From the NCBI GenBank assembly GCA_003132165.1, contig PKWW01000027.1, positions 3,312 through 67,311 on the forward strand: DNA of 64,000 nucleotides. Reading direction: 5' to 3'. Shown here piece after piece: positions 50,099 to 59,458 of this stretch. Below the pieces are notes generated by a model. It saw only the letters and a program-made list of their open reading frames with translations, was not told the DNA's origin and did not search any database. This stretch comes from Acidimicrobiaceae bacterium. GTDB taxonomy: Bacteria > Actinomycetota > Acidimicrobiia > Acidimicrobiales > RAAP-2. The stretch's first letter is position 1. Each line of letters starts with the position of its first letter. The position numbers were made by a program, and so were the translations under genes.

Positions 50099-50757
50099 GC
50101 CCCGAGAAGGCCCGCGTCTTCATGGTCGATGACCACGCCCTCATTCGAGCCGGCATCAAGGCGGAGCTTGCTGGTTCTGTGGAATTCATTGGCGAGGCCG
50201 ACGAGGTGGCGGCGGCGATCGAGATGATCATCGAGCGGTCCCCCGACGTCGTCCTTCTCGACGTGCACATGCCCGATGGTGGAGGGCTCGCGGTTCTCGA
50301 GGGCGTGGTCGAGCGCGACGCCAGTGTGAAGTTCCTCGCCCTATCGGTATCCGATGCGGCCGAGGACGTCATTGCGATCATCCGCGCGGGCGCTCGCGGC
50401 TACGTGACCAAGAGCATCGAGGGTCCCGAGCTCATCGAGGCGATCGAGCGAACTGCGGCCGGTGACGCGGTCTTCTCGCGTCGGCTCGCGGGCTTCGTGC
50501 TCGACGCCTTCACGAAGGGTGCCGACCAACTCCACACCACCCCTTCGATGCTCGATCCCGAGCTCGATCAGTTGACACCGCGCGAGATCGAGGTGCTTCG
50601 GCTGATCGCGCGCGGCTATTCGTACAGGGAGATCGCAACCCAACTCGACATCTCGATCAAGACCGTCGAAAGTCACGTCTCGGCGGTGCTGCGCAAGCTC
50701 CAGCTCTCCAACCGTCACCAACTCACGAACTGGGCCACCGAGCGCCGACTCCTGTAA
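50095..50757 (+). CDS. NarL/LuxR family response regulator
   Basis: VDDH, LLDVHMP, GYVTK, LTPREIEVL..IARG HTH; GTGA overlap with the kinase. Confidence 0.95.
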   Translation: MSPEKARVFMVDDHALIRAGIKAELAGSVEFIGEADEVAAAIEMIIERSPDVVLLDVHMPDGGGLAVLEGVVERDASVKFLALSVSDAAEDVIAIIRAGARGYVTKSIEGPELIEAIERTAAGDAVFSRRLAGFVLDAFTKGADQLHTTPSMLDPELDQLTPREIEVLRLIARGYSYREIATQLDISIKTVESHVSAVLRKLQLSNRHQLTNWATERRLL

Positions 50758-50910
50758 TCGCCTCGGTAGAACATCGCCAACATCGTCGTGTGACGCCATT
50801 CACGTATCAGGGTGCGACGTCGTGACGGCCACGGTCGACCTCGGTCGTGGTGCCCCTAATCTGAAGCGACAGTCACGTCGCTTCTCGACTGCGGTACGTA
50901 GGAGAGACCA

Positions 50911-52632
50911 ATGGTCGGCTTGCTTTTCATCGGGTTCTTTGCGGGCATGATCGCCGGCGTGTCGCCGTGCATTCTTCCCGTCCTGCCGGTGGTACTGGTC
51001 GGCTGGTCCGCACCCGTCGAGGACACGCAGCACCCGTATCGCGCACGTCGGCGCCGCTCCGCGACGGTGGTCACCGGTCTGATTGTAAGTTTCAGTTTGA
51101 TCACGGCGGCTGGTTCGGCCGTGCTCAGCTCACTGGGGCTCCCCCAGGACCTTCTGCGCGACCTCGGCATCGCGCTGCTTGTCCTGTTCGGCGTCGGGCT
51201 CTTGATTCCCAGGATCGAGACCTTCTTGGAGCGACCCTTCGCCCGCCTCGCGCGCCAGTCGCCTCGAGGTACCGGTTCGGCCTTCGTGCTCGGACTCGGC
51301 CTCGGTATGGTGTTCGTTCCGTGCGCCGGGCCGGTCCTTGCCGCAATCTCAGTACTCGGCGCACGCCACCACGTCAGCTTCTACAGCGTCCTCTTGAGCT
51401 TCTTCTTCGGCGCTGGAGCAGCGCTGCCGCTTTTCGCCATCGCATTGACGGGTGACCGTCTCATCGAACGAAACCGCACCATCGCTCAGCGCACCAGGCG
51501 ACTCCGGCCGTTTGCGGGCGTCCTGCTGATCCTCATGGCGCTCGCGATCGCCTTCAACGCCACCAACGCCGTGCAGCGATGGGTGCCGGGTTACACCAAC
51601 ACTTTGCAGCAACATCTCGAGGGCAACACCTTCACCGTCAAAGCCATCAGAGGCCTGGAGGCGCCCACGAGCAACGACGGCTCGCTGACAGCGTGCGAGA
51701 ACGCGGCCTCGATCGAGACGGTGTCGGGCCTCCAGAAGTGCGGCAAAGCTCCGGCGTTCGCCGGTATCACGTCGTGGTTGAACACCCCGGGTGACAGACC
51801 TCTTGCCTTGCAGGGTCTGCACGGACACGTCGTGCTGGTGGACTTTTGGACGTACTCGTGCATCAACTGCCAGCGCTCGCTGCCGCACGTGGAAGCTTGG
51901 TACCAGAAGTACCACCAGTACGGACTCGACATCATCGGAGTCCAGGCACCCGAGTTCGCGTTCGAGCACGTACTCGGCAACATCAAGAGCGCCGCGAAGA
52001 GTCTCGGCGTGAAGTACCCGATTGCGGTCGACAACAACCTCGACACGTGGACGGCCTACGCCAACGAGTACTGGCCCGCCGAGTACCTGATCGACGCCAA
52101 CGGCATCATCCGCCACGTCGACTACGGTGAGGGCGACTACACCGGCACCGAGTCGCTGCTACGCCAGCTCCTCGTGATGGCGAACCCCTCGGTGGCGTTG
52201 CCCCGCGCCACCGACGTGCCCAATCTGACACCCATCGAGGCGATCAGCCCCGAGACCTACCTCGGCTACGAGCGGTCCCAGTACCTGGTCGGTGGTTCAA
52301 TCGAGGAGAACAAGTCCGCCAGGTACACGTCGCCCTCGACGGTTCCACCGGGGAACTACGCACTCGCCGGTGACTGGTTGACCAAGAAACAGGAGATCAC
52401 GGCGGGTAAGAACGCACAGCTCGATCTGGCCTTTCAGGCCAATGACGTCTATCTGGTGTTGGGAGGCACCGGCACGATCACCGAGACCTTCAACGGCGTG
52501 TTCTACAAGACACTGAAGGCGAGCGGCTTCCCTCGCCTCTACACGCTCTACTCCGACCACTCCGACCGAACGGGTCTTCTCGGACTGCACTTCACGAAGA
52601 ACATCGAGGCCTACGACTTCACGTTCGGTTGA
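50911..52632 (+). CDS. dipZ: Cytochrome c biogenesis/redoxin protein (CcdA-like TM domain plus thioredoxin)
   Basis: SPCILP, VPCAGP, DFWTYSCINC, PEFAFE, ISPETYLG. Confidence 0.9.
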   Translation: MVGLLFIGFFAGMIAGVSPCILPVLPVVLVGWSAPVEDTQHPYRARRRRSATVVTGLIVSFSLITAAGSAVLSSLGLPQDLLRDLGIALLVLFGVGLLIPRIETFLERPFARLARQSPRGTGSAFVLGLGLGMVFVPCAGPVLAAISVLGARHHVSFYSVLLSFFFGAGAALPLFAIALTGDRLIERNRTIAQRTRRLRPFAGVLLILMALAIAFNATNAVQRWVPGYTNTLQQHLEGNTFTVKAIRGLEAPTSNDGSLTACENAASIETVSGLQKCGKAPAFAGITSWLNTPGDRPLALQGLHGHVVLVDFWTYSCINCQRSLPHVEAWYQKYHQYGLDIIGVQAPEFAFEHVLGNIKSAAKSLGVKYPIAVDNNLDTWTAYANEYWPAEYLIDANGIIRHVDYGEGDYTGTESLLRQLLVMANPSVALPRATDVPNLTPIEAISPETYLGYERSQYLVGGSIEENKSARYTSPSTVPPGNYALAGDWLTKKQEITAGKNAQLDLAFQANDVYLVLGGTGTITETFNGVFYKTLKASGFPRLYTLYSDHSDRTGLLGLHFTKNIEAYDFTFG

Positions 52633-52723
52633 AGGTTCCGCGAGTTTGTAATTGACCGACGGTGCGTCAATACTTGAGTGGGAATCCTTTCAGTTCCCAA
52701 CACCACCCACGCCAGGAGCCAAC

Positions 52724-53800
52724 ATGACCACCCCCACCGCCAGGATCATCGTCTGTGACGGCGACCAGACCGGCCAGGAACTTCTGGAGGAGGCACTGCG
52801 CGCCATGACGCCCGAGTTACTCGGCGTACCGATTGAACTCGTTCACCACGATCTCTCGCTCGAGAAGCGTCGTGCCACGAACAACGACGTCGTGCGAGAG
52901 GCCGCCCAAGCCATGGTCGCGACGGGCCTCGGACTAAAGGCCGCGACGATTACGCCTCCCGACCGCGGCGGCGTGGGCTCGCCCAACCGCCTCCTGCGCG
53001 AAGGCATCGGTGGCTCGGTCATCGTGCGCACCGGCCGACGGATTCCCGGTGTCGCCCCGGTCGTGGCGACCAACAAGCCGATCATCGTCATTCGTATGGC
53101 CGTGGGCGACGCCTACGGCGCCGAAGAGGGACGTGAGGGCGAGGTGGGATCGTTCGACGAAAGTGCGTGGCGCACCGAGCGCATCGAGCGTTCCACCTGC
53201 CGTTTCGTCTCGGAGTACGCGTTCAAGGCGGCCTCCCAGATCGACGGCATGGTCTACGGCGGCCCGAAGTGGACGGTGTCACCCACCTACGAGGGCATGC
53301 TGAAAGAGGAGATGGACGCCGCCGCCGAGCGCTATCCCGACGTCGCCTACCGGCCCGTACTGATTGACGCCACCTACGCCGGATTGCTGACCGACGTGCA
53401 CGACCAGGCCCTCGTGATCCCGGCGCTCAATCGCGACGGTGACTGCCTGAGTGACATGGTGCTCGCCATGTTCGGGTCAATCGCTGGCGCCGAGTCGGTG
53501 CTCATGTCGCTCGACAAGAACCTTCACCCCCAAGTCGCCATGGCCGAAGCCCCCCACGGCACCGCACCATCGCTCGAGGGCAAGAACGTCGCGAACCCCA
53601 TGGCAATGCTCCTCGCCGAAGCGGCGCTGCTCGATCAGGCGTCGCTCCACCTCGACGACCCGGCGTTCCGCGAAGCCGGGGAGCGTCTGCGGTCCGCGAC
53701 GCTGGCGGGCGCCGCCGCGGGGATTCGAACCTTCGACCTCGGCGGCGATTCCACCACGAGTGGTGTCGTCGACGACGTCATCGCGCGTCTGCGCGGTTAG
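52724..53800 (+). CDS. Isocitrate/isopropylmalate dehydrogenase family protein
   Basis: DGDQTGQE, KAATITP, NRDGDCLSD, EAPHGTAP, ANPMAM. Confidence 0.85.
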   Translation: MTTPTARIIVCDGDQTGQELLEEALRAMTPELLGVPIELVHHDLSLEKRRATNNDVVREAAQAMVATGLGLKAATITPPDRGGVGSPNRLLREGIGGSVIVRTGRRIPGVAPVVATNKPIIVIRMAVGDAYGAEEGREGEVGSFDESAWRTERIERSTCRFVSEYAFKAASQIDGMVYGGPKWTVSPTYEGMLKEEMDAAAERYPDVAYRPVLIDATYAGLLTDVHDQALVIPALNRDGDCLSDMVLAMFGSIAGAESVLMSLDKNLHPQVAMAEAPHGTAPSLEGKNVANPMAMLLAEAALLDQASLHLDDPAFREAGERLRSATLAGAAAGIRTFDLGGDSTTSGVVDDVIARLRG

Positions 53801-55731
53801 GGCAGCACGATCTCGAAGCCGAAATCGAAGACATCAAGGCTCTCGACGAACTGCGCCAGCAGCGCCAGTTCGCCGGTGGCGCGAAAACCGTCGGTGCCGA
53901 GAAGTTCCTCGAGACTCTTGGAGCCCGATGCGAAGGCCGAAAAGGACTCGATCGTCGATTCGATCTCGACGAGCGCCGAGGTGCTTCGCACCCCGTGACG
54001 GGCGTGAATGACCCCGTGACGGGTGCCGAAGGTCCATAGGTCGCCGTCGCGGTCGCTGATCACGAGGTTCACGTCGAGTTCGAGTCGCTCGGCGCGCGGC
54101 CCGTTGAGGCGAACGCCCAGCAGGTCGACCAGCAGGTCGACGGTCATCGATCGGACGAGACCGGGTCCGAGTGCGTTGCCCCGCACTCCCTTCAACGCGG
54201 TGCCGTTGGCACGAAGTTCGAGCGCACCGGTGAGATAGAAGTCGCGCCAAGGGCCCGATTCACTCTGGTAGCCGAGTTGCTCGAGCGCGTCAGCTTGTAA
54301 CAGTCGCGCCGACTCGTTGCCCGGCTCGGCGAAGACCACGTGGTTCACGACCTCGACGACCCAGCGGTAGTCGCCCTCATTGAAGTATCTCGCCGCCTTC
54401 TCCAACACGGCGGCCGACCCACCCATGAACTCGACGTAGCGTCTCGCCGCTTCGACGGGCGGGTGGGGCCAGAGGTGCGCCGGATTTCCGTCGAACCAGC
54501 CCAGGTAGCGCTGGTAGACGGCCTTTGCGTTGTGTGAGACGGTCCCGTAGTAGCCGTAGTTGAAGAACTCGTCGCCGAGCCCATCGGGAAGCTCCAACTG
54601 TTCGGCGATCTCGTTCATGGTGAAACCCTGGTTCGCGAGACGCAACGTCTGGTCGTGCACGTAGCGGTACGCGTCGCGCTGGCTCGAGAGGAAATGCTCG
54701 ATCTGCTCGTGGCCCCAGCGCGGCCAGTGGTGACTCGCGAAGAGGATGTCGGTGTCGTCGCCGTACAGGACGATCGACTCGTCGATGTACTTGCTCCAGA
54801 GCAACGCGTCGCGAACCTGCGCGCCACGAAGCGTGTAGACGTTGTGTTGGTTGGAAGTGCAGTTCTCGGCCATGCAGAGCGCGCGCTGGTCGGGAAAGAA
54901 GATGTTCATCTCCGCGGGCGCCTCGGTGCCCGGCGTGATCTGGAACACCATTCGCACACCGTCGATGGTCAGCTCGGTCCCCGTCGCCTCGATTTCGAGC
55001 GTCGGAGCGACCAAGCCGACCGTCGGCAACGCGGGTAGGCCTTTGCCGAGCCCGGTGTCGACGTGACCCTGCGCGTCGTGGGGCAAGAAGGCACCGTACA
55101 TGTACATGGCTCGACGCAGCATCGCGGTACCCGCCAACACGTTCTCGCTGATTGCAGCCTCGAGGAAGCCCGCCGGGGCAATCAATTCGACCCGACCCGA
55201 TTCGAGGTCCTCGTCACTGAGTAGTCCGTGGATGCCGCCAAAGTGGTCGGTGTGGCTGTGGGTATAGATCACCGCATGCACCGATCGCGCGCCCAGTTGC
55301 TCATCGACGAGCGCGAGCGCGGCGCGCGCCGTCTCCTCGGCGGTCAACGGATCGATGACGATCCATCCGGTGTCGCCCGCGATGAATGTGACGTTGGAGA
55401 TATCCATGCCCCGGACCTGGAAGATGGTGGGCGCCACCTCGAAGAGTCCCGCGATGTTGTTGAGCCGTCCCTGTCGCCAGAGGCTCGGGTTCACCGTCGT
55501 CGGCGGATTCTGTTCGAACGCCGGGTCGTCGAGGAACGCGTAGCTGTCGAGGTCCCATACGGCGTGACCGAAGCGACCCAGGATCTGGCGAGGTGACCCA
55601 GGGGCGATTCGTCCTCTCTCCGCGAGGAGGAAGTCTTCTCGGCCGGCGCGCGAAATCTTGCGCAGTTTCGCGGCCTGACGGACCTCGGTGGCCTCGCTCG
55701 CGGGCTTGCGCTCCGTGTTGAATTCACTCAC
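53797..55731 (-). CDS. Alkyl/aryl sulfatase (SdsA1/BDS1-like) with SCP2-like tail
   Basis: NPSLWRQ, RGMDISN, THSHTDHFGG, PGTEAPAEM, SHHWP, YGTVSHN. Confidence 0.92.
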   Translation of the reverse strand: MSEFNTERKPASEATEVRQAAKLRKISRAGREDFLLAERGRIAPGSPRQILGRFGHAVWDLDSYAFLDDPAFEQNPPTTVNPSLWRQGRLNNIAGLFEVAPTIFQVRGMDISNVTFIAGDTGWIVIDPLTAEETARAALALVDEQLGARSVHAVIYTHSHTDHFGGIHGLLSDEDLESGRVELIAPAGFLEAAISENVLAGTAMLRRAMYMYGAFLPHDAQGHVDTGLGKGLPALPTVGLVAPTLEIEATGTELTIDGVRMVFQITPGTEAPAEMNIFFPDQRALCMAENCTSNQHNVYTLRGAQVRDALLWSKYIDESIVLYGDDTDILFASHHWPRWGHEQIEHFLSSQRDAYRYVHDQTLRLANQGFTMNEIAEQLELPDGLGDEFFNYGYYGTVSHNAKAVYQRYLGWFDGNPAHLWPHPPVEAARRYVEFMGGSAAVLEKAARYFNEGDYRWVVEVVNHVVFAEPGNESARLLQADALEQLGYQSESGPWRDFYLTGALELRANGTALKGVRGNALGPGLVRSMTVDLLVDLLGVRLNGPRAERLELDVNLVISDRDGDLWTFGTRHGVIHARHGVRSTSALVEIESTIESFSAFASGSKSLEELLGTDGFRATGELALLAQFVESLDVFDFGFEIVLP

Positions 55732-55931
55732 CGCAGCGCCCCCTGGTCGTACCTGACGTGGTGGACGTAACTCTAACCACGCAACAAAAACCACTAGGTT
55801 CGCGCACTCTCGAACGCCGCACGCGCCGGGCGGCCGGGCCAAGGTAATGCGAAGGTGAAATTTGCGACAAAAGTAAGCCAAATAGAGGCTTTTCCGAAGG
55901 AACTTCTTCATTTGCTTGGTAAAAGTGAAAC

Positions 55932-57092
55932 GTGCATAATTCTTTCGTTCTCGTTTTTGTCGTCCTTATTGCAATTGGCTTCGACTTCACGAACGGCTTC
56001 CACGACACCGCGAATTCAGTGGCACCCACTGTCGCGACCGGTGCGCTCAAGCCGAGGACCGCGGTCCTGCTCAGCAGCGCACTCAACCTCGTCGGTGCCT
56101 TCCTCTCATTGAAGGTCGCCGCAACCATCGCGAGTGGCATCGTGAGTCAGACGAGCATCATCATGCCCGTTGTCTTCGGCGGCCTGATCGGGGCCATCGC
56201 GTGGAACGTGACGACGTGGTATTTCGGAATTCCCTCCTCCTCCAGTCACGCGCTGATCGGTGGCGTGATCGGGGCGATGCTGGCGCACGCCGGCGGCAGT
56301 GCCGTGCTCTGGGGCGGCGTGATCGGCAAGGTGCTGGCCCCCGCGGTCGCCGCGCCAATCGTCGCACTCTCCCTTGCCGCCATTGCCACCACGATGGCGC
56401 GCCGTCTTACGAAGAACACGGATAGTTCGACGAAGTCACTGGGCATGCGTGTGGGTCAGATTGGGTCGACGTCGCTGCTCTCCATCGCCCACGGCACCAA
56501 TGACGCGCAGAAGACAATGGGTGTCGTCACACTCGCCCTCGTCGCCAACGGCTCACTCGCGGCCGGTGGCACCACGCCCAAGTGGGTGGTGCTGGTGTGC
56601 GGACTCGCAATCGCCGCGGGCACCATGATCGGCGGATGGCGGATCATTCGGACACTGGGCCAGGGCTTCACGAAGCTGAGCCCGACTCAAGGCTTCGCAT
56701 CGCAGATGACCTCATCGGTCGTCATCCTCACCTCCAGTCACATGGGCATGCCCTTGTCGACCACGCACGTTGCCACGGGTGCGATCCTCGGATCGGGTGT
56801 GGGCACGCGCAAGCGTTCGGTGCGCTGGTCGCTCGCCGGACGTGTTGGAATCGCATGGCTGGTCACGCTGCCGGCGTCGGCCATCTGCGGCGCGCTCGCC
56901 TTCTACGGCCAGCGCCTCTTCGGCACGTCCCTCGGTATCGTCGTCATAACCGCCATTCTCGTCACCTACTGCGTGATTATCTTCGTGCTCTCGCGCAAGG
57001 ACAAGATCGACGCGCACAACGTGAACGACCACTGGGGAGAGCACGGCGAGGCTTTCGAGGGTCTGCCCGAGCCCACGAAGGTGAAGGTCTGA
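55932..57092 (+). CDS. pit: Inorganic phosphate transporter, PiT family
   Basis: Both PiT signatures: NGFHDTANS and HGTNDAQKTMG. Confidence 0.93.
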   Translation: MHNSFVLVFVVLIAIGFDFTNGFHDTANSVAPTVATGALKPRTAVLLSSALNLVGAFLSLKVAATIASGIVSQTSIIMPVVFGGLIGAIAWNVTTWYFGIPSSSSHALIGGVIGAMLAHAGGSAVLWGGVIGKVLAPAVAAPIVALSLAAIATTMARRLTKNTDSSTKSLGMRVGQIGSTSLLSIAHGTNDAQKTMGVVTLALVANGSLAAGGTTPKWVVLVCGLAIAAGTMIGGWRIIRTLGQGFTKLSPTQGFASQMTSSVVILTSSHMGMPLSTTHVATGAILGSGVGTRKRSVRWSLAGRVGIAWLVTLPASAICGALAFYGQRLFGTSLGIVVITAILVTYCVIIFVLSRKDKIDAHNVNDHWGEHGEAFEGLPEPTKVKV

Positions 57093-57096
57093 GATC

Positions 57097-57345
57097 GTGA
57101 CGACCACCACGACGGCCGTACCGCTTTTCGACTGGCACACGCTCGGCCAGTCGACGATGACCAGCGCCGTGATCAGCATCGGCGTGGTCGTGCTCTTCTC
57201 TATCGCCGTCTACTCGCTGTCGATCTTCCGTCGCAGCGACACGACGGTCGCCGTTCGCAGCATGAGCGCCATCGTGATGTCGACCATCTCTCTGATCATC
57301 ATCGCCACCCTCGTATGGGGCTTCTACATCATCGTCAACAAGTAG
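57097..57345 (+). CDS. Small two-TM membrane protein following pit
   Basis: Starts 4 bp after the pit stop; two hydrophobic helices. Confidence 0.75.
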   Translation: MTTTTTAVPLFDWHTLGQSTMTSAVISIGVVVLFSIAVYSLSIFRRSDTTVAVRSMSAIVMSTISLIIIATLVWGFYIIVNK

Positions 57346-57491
57346 GGTTCGACCGGCGTCACACCAAAGTCGTCGAAACCGCACCGGCGATGTCTTCGAG
57401 CTAACAGGACGTACCGTCAGGAACCTCACCGACAACGACCTCGAGACCAAGTGCACTTGAAGGCCCGCAACGCCTGCACTACTTTGGGCCC

Positions 57492-57872
57492 ATGTCACTC
57501 GTCCAGTTCCAACTCACCGCGCTCGATTGTCCCGACCCGCTCGCCCTCGCTGGCTTCTATTCACGCCTCACCGGCCTGGAGGTCGAACCGCTCGGTGACT
57601 TCAAACCCGAAGACGTCGTGTGGATCGAACTGCTCAATGGTGAGAAGCCGACGCTGGCCTTCCAGAAGATCGACAACTTCGTGGCCCCCACCTGGCCCGG
57701 GGGCTCAGTGCCCCAGCAGCTGCATCTCGACTTTCTCGTCGACGACCTGGACATCGCCGAGGAGCACGCACTCGCCCAGGGTGCGACGAAGCATGAATTT
57801 CAGCCGCAGCCATCGTTTCGGGTGTTCCTCGACCCGGTAGGGCACCCATTCTGTCTCGTGCGACGTTCGTAG
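57492..57872 (+). CDS. VOC/glyoxalase-like protein
   Basis: LDCPDPLALAGFY, LAFQ, QQLHLD, FRVFLDPVGHPFCL. Confidence 0.9.
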   Translation: MSLVQFQLTALDCPDPLALAGFYSRLTGLEVEPLGDFKPEDVVWIELLNGEKPTLAFQKIDNFVAPTWPGGSVPQQLHLDFLVDDLDIAEEHALAQGATKHEFQPQPSFRVFLDPVGHPFCLVRRS

Positions 57873-57897
57873 TCCGGACTGCGCAGACGACGCAGGC

Positions 57898-58734
57898 TCA
57901 ACCGATGCTGAGTAGGGCGATCCCGGCGACGACGAGCGCCGCGGGAAGAACGATACGTCGAAGTCGTCCCTCTCGAAACACCACGACGCCGATGAGCGCC
58001 GCCCACAGAACGCCCGTCTCGCGCAGAGCGCTCACGACGCCGAGCGGGGCGTGCAACTGAGCCCACAGCACCGTCACGTAACCCACCATCGAGAGCACGC
58101 CTGCGCCCATCCCAATGGCGGCAACCCGCGTACCGGGCCACCAGCCACGATGTTGACGCGCGACGACGCCGATCAGCCAGACAAACGACTCGATCGCGAA
58201 CAACATCGCGGCGTAGCGCGGGGCGCTGTGGCTGGCCCGCACGCCCAGACCGTCCACCACCGTGTAGCTCGCGATCGCCACGCCGGTCGCGAGCGCCCAG
58301 TAGACGCCGTGCAGGTTGCTGAGTCCGCCGCCGCGACGAAACGCAAGGCTGATGATGCCCAGGACGATGCCAAAGATTCCAAGCAGCCCGCGCGCGCTCA
58401 AGTGCTCACTGGCGAAAAGAAGCCCCGCCACCGACACCAACAAGGGCGCGATGCCCCGAGCAATGGGATACGACTGGGAGAAATTTGCCCGCCGATACGC
58501 TCCCATGAGGAAGAGTTCGTAGCCCACGTGGCAGGCGATGGAAAACCCGAGGTAGACGAACGCGGCCGACCGGGGCAGCCCGATGAAGGGCCACGCGACC
58601 CAACAGACGACGGCGACGCCCAGGTTCAAGAGCGCGAAGCTCACGAACTGGTCGTGAATGCTCTTGGCCATCGCGTTCCAGATCGCGTGGATGAGTCCGG
58701 CGCCCAGGACCACCAGGACGACGGTGGTGCTCAT
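57898..58734 (-). CDS. EamA/DMT family transporter
   Basis: HAIWNA, SQSYPIARG, YTVVDG, VSALRET. Confidence 0.9.
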   Translation of the reverse strand: MSTTVVLVVLGAGLIHAIWNAMAKSIHDQFVSFALLNLGVAVVCWVAWPFIGLPRSAAFVYLGFSIACHVGYELFLMGAYRRANFSQSYPIARGIAPLLVSVAGLLFASEHLSARGLLGIFGIVLGIISLAFRRGGGLSNLHGVYWALATGVAIASYTVVDGLGVRASHSAPRYAAMLFAIESFVWLIGVVARQHRGWWPGTRVAAIGMGAGVLSMVGYVTVLWAQLHAPLGVVSALRETGVLWAALIGVVVFREGRLRRIVLPAALVVAGIALLSIG

Positions 58735-58893
58735 CGTTGCCGCGCTGGTTCTCGGCGGGGCGACAGCGCATCAGGCACGACAGGGAGTCTACGAGTTGGC
58801 GAATTCCTTTGATTTTGCGCGCCTCGAAGCAACATCGTCACAACGGATAGACTTACAATTCGCGTCTCGAGGTCTTGACTTCGAGAACACCGA

Positions 58894-58968
58894 GGACCTG
58901 TGGTGCAGCTCGGAGTGCACGCCGCCCTGTCAAGGCGGAGGTCGCGGGTTCAAATCCCGTCAGGTCCG
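58894..58968 (+). tRNA. tRNA-Asp(GTC)
   Basis: Acceptor GGACCTG/CAGGTCC, D-stem GTGC/GCAC, anticodon loop CTGTCAA, T-loop TTCAAAT; CCA not encoded. Confidence 0.95.
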
Positions 58969-58996
58969 CTCGACACCCGAAAGGGTGACGAGGTTA

Positions 58997-59072
58997 GGTC
59001 GAGTAGCTCAGTTGGTAGAGCGCGCGCCTGAAAAGCGTGAGGTCACCGGATCGACGCCGGTCTCGACCACCA
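58997..59072 (+). tRNA. tRNA-Phe(GAA)
   Basis: Acceptor GGTCGAG/CTCGACC, anticodon loop CTGAAAA, T-loop ATCGACG, encoded CCA. Confidence 0.96.
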
Positions 59073-59076
59073 CCTC

Positions 59077-59112
59077 GGTCGTCTCTTGGAAATCTCTTTC
59101 CTTGGGACGACC
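59077..59112 (+). terminator. Probable intrinsic terminator of the tRNA operon
   Basis: GGTCGTCTCTTGGAAA-TCTC-TTTCCTTGGGACGACC hairpin (two mismatches) followed by ATCTTTATTT. Confidence 0.6.
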
Positions 59113-59458
59113 ATCTTTATTTAGACGATCCACGAACCGGCTCGACGCGCACGAGCGCGTGGTGCCTGCTCGAAGTCGTGCGCCACGGTCCGGCGACCAC
59201 GAGACTGCGGTGAAGGCCGTACAGGGCCATCTCGTGGTCACTGATTTTCTTGTGCACGAAGCCGAGTGGTTCAATGCGTGCCACGACCTTCGAACCGTGG
59301 CAACGTCCCACGAGATAGGCACTCACGAGGTTGCGATGGTTCCTCGACACCAATAATGATCGGCAGAAGTACCAGTCGATCGATTCGACGTCCCCCGGTG
59401 CCATTGCCAGAACCTAATCAGACGCTGTGACACAATGCTCTGAGGAATTGGGGGGACT

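Noticed and set aside
50757-50911. dipZ as a member of the SigK-like regulon, as in mycobacteria
   Set aside because: No TGATCC-N17-GTA site found upstream; only an 8-bp hairpin at 50863-50884 of unknown meaning.
59113-59404. Island or att remnant, or a 95-aa ORF, downstream of tRNA-Phe
   Set aside because: No integrase fragment, no duplicate of the tRNA 3' end seen, and no recognisable motif.
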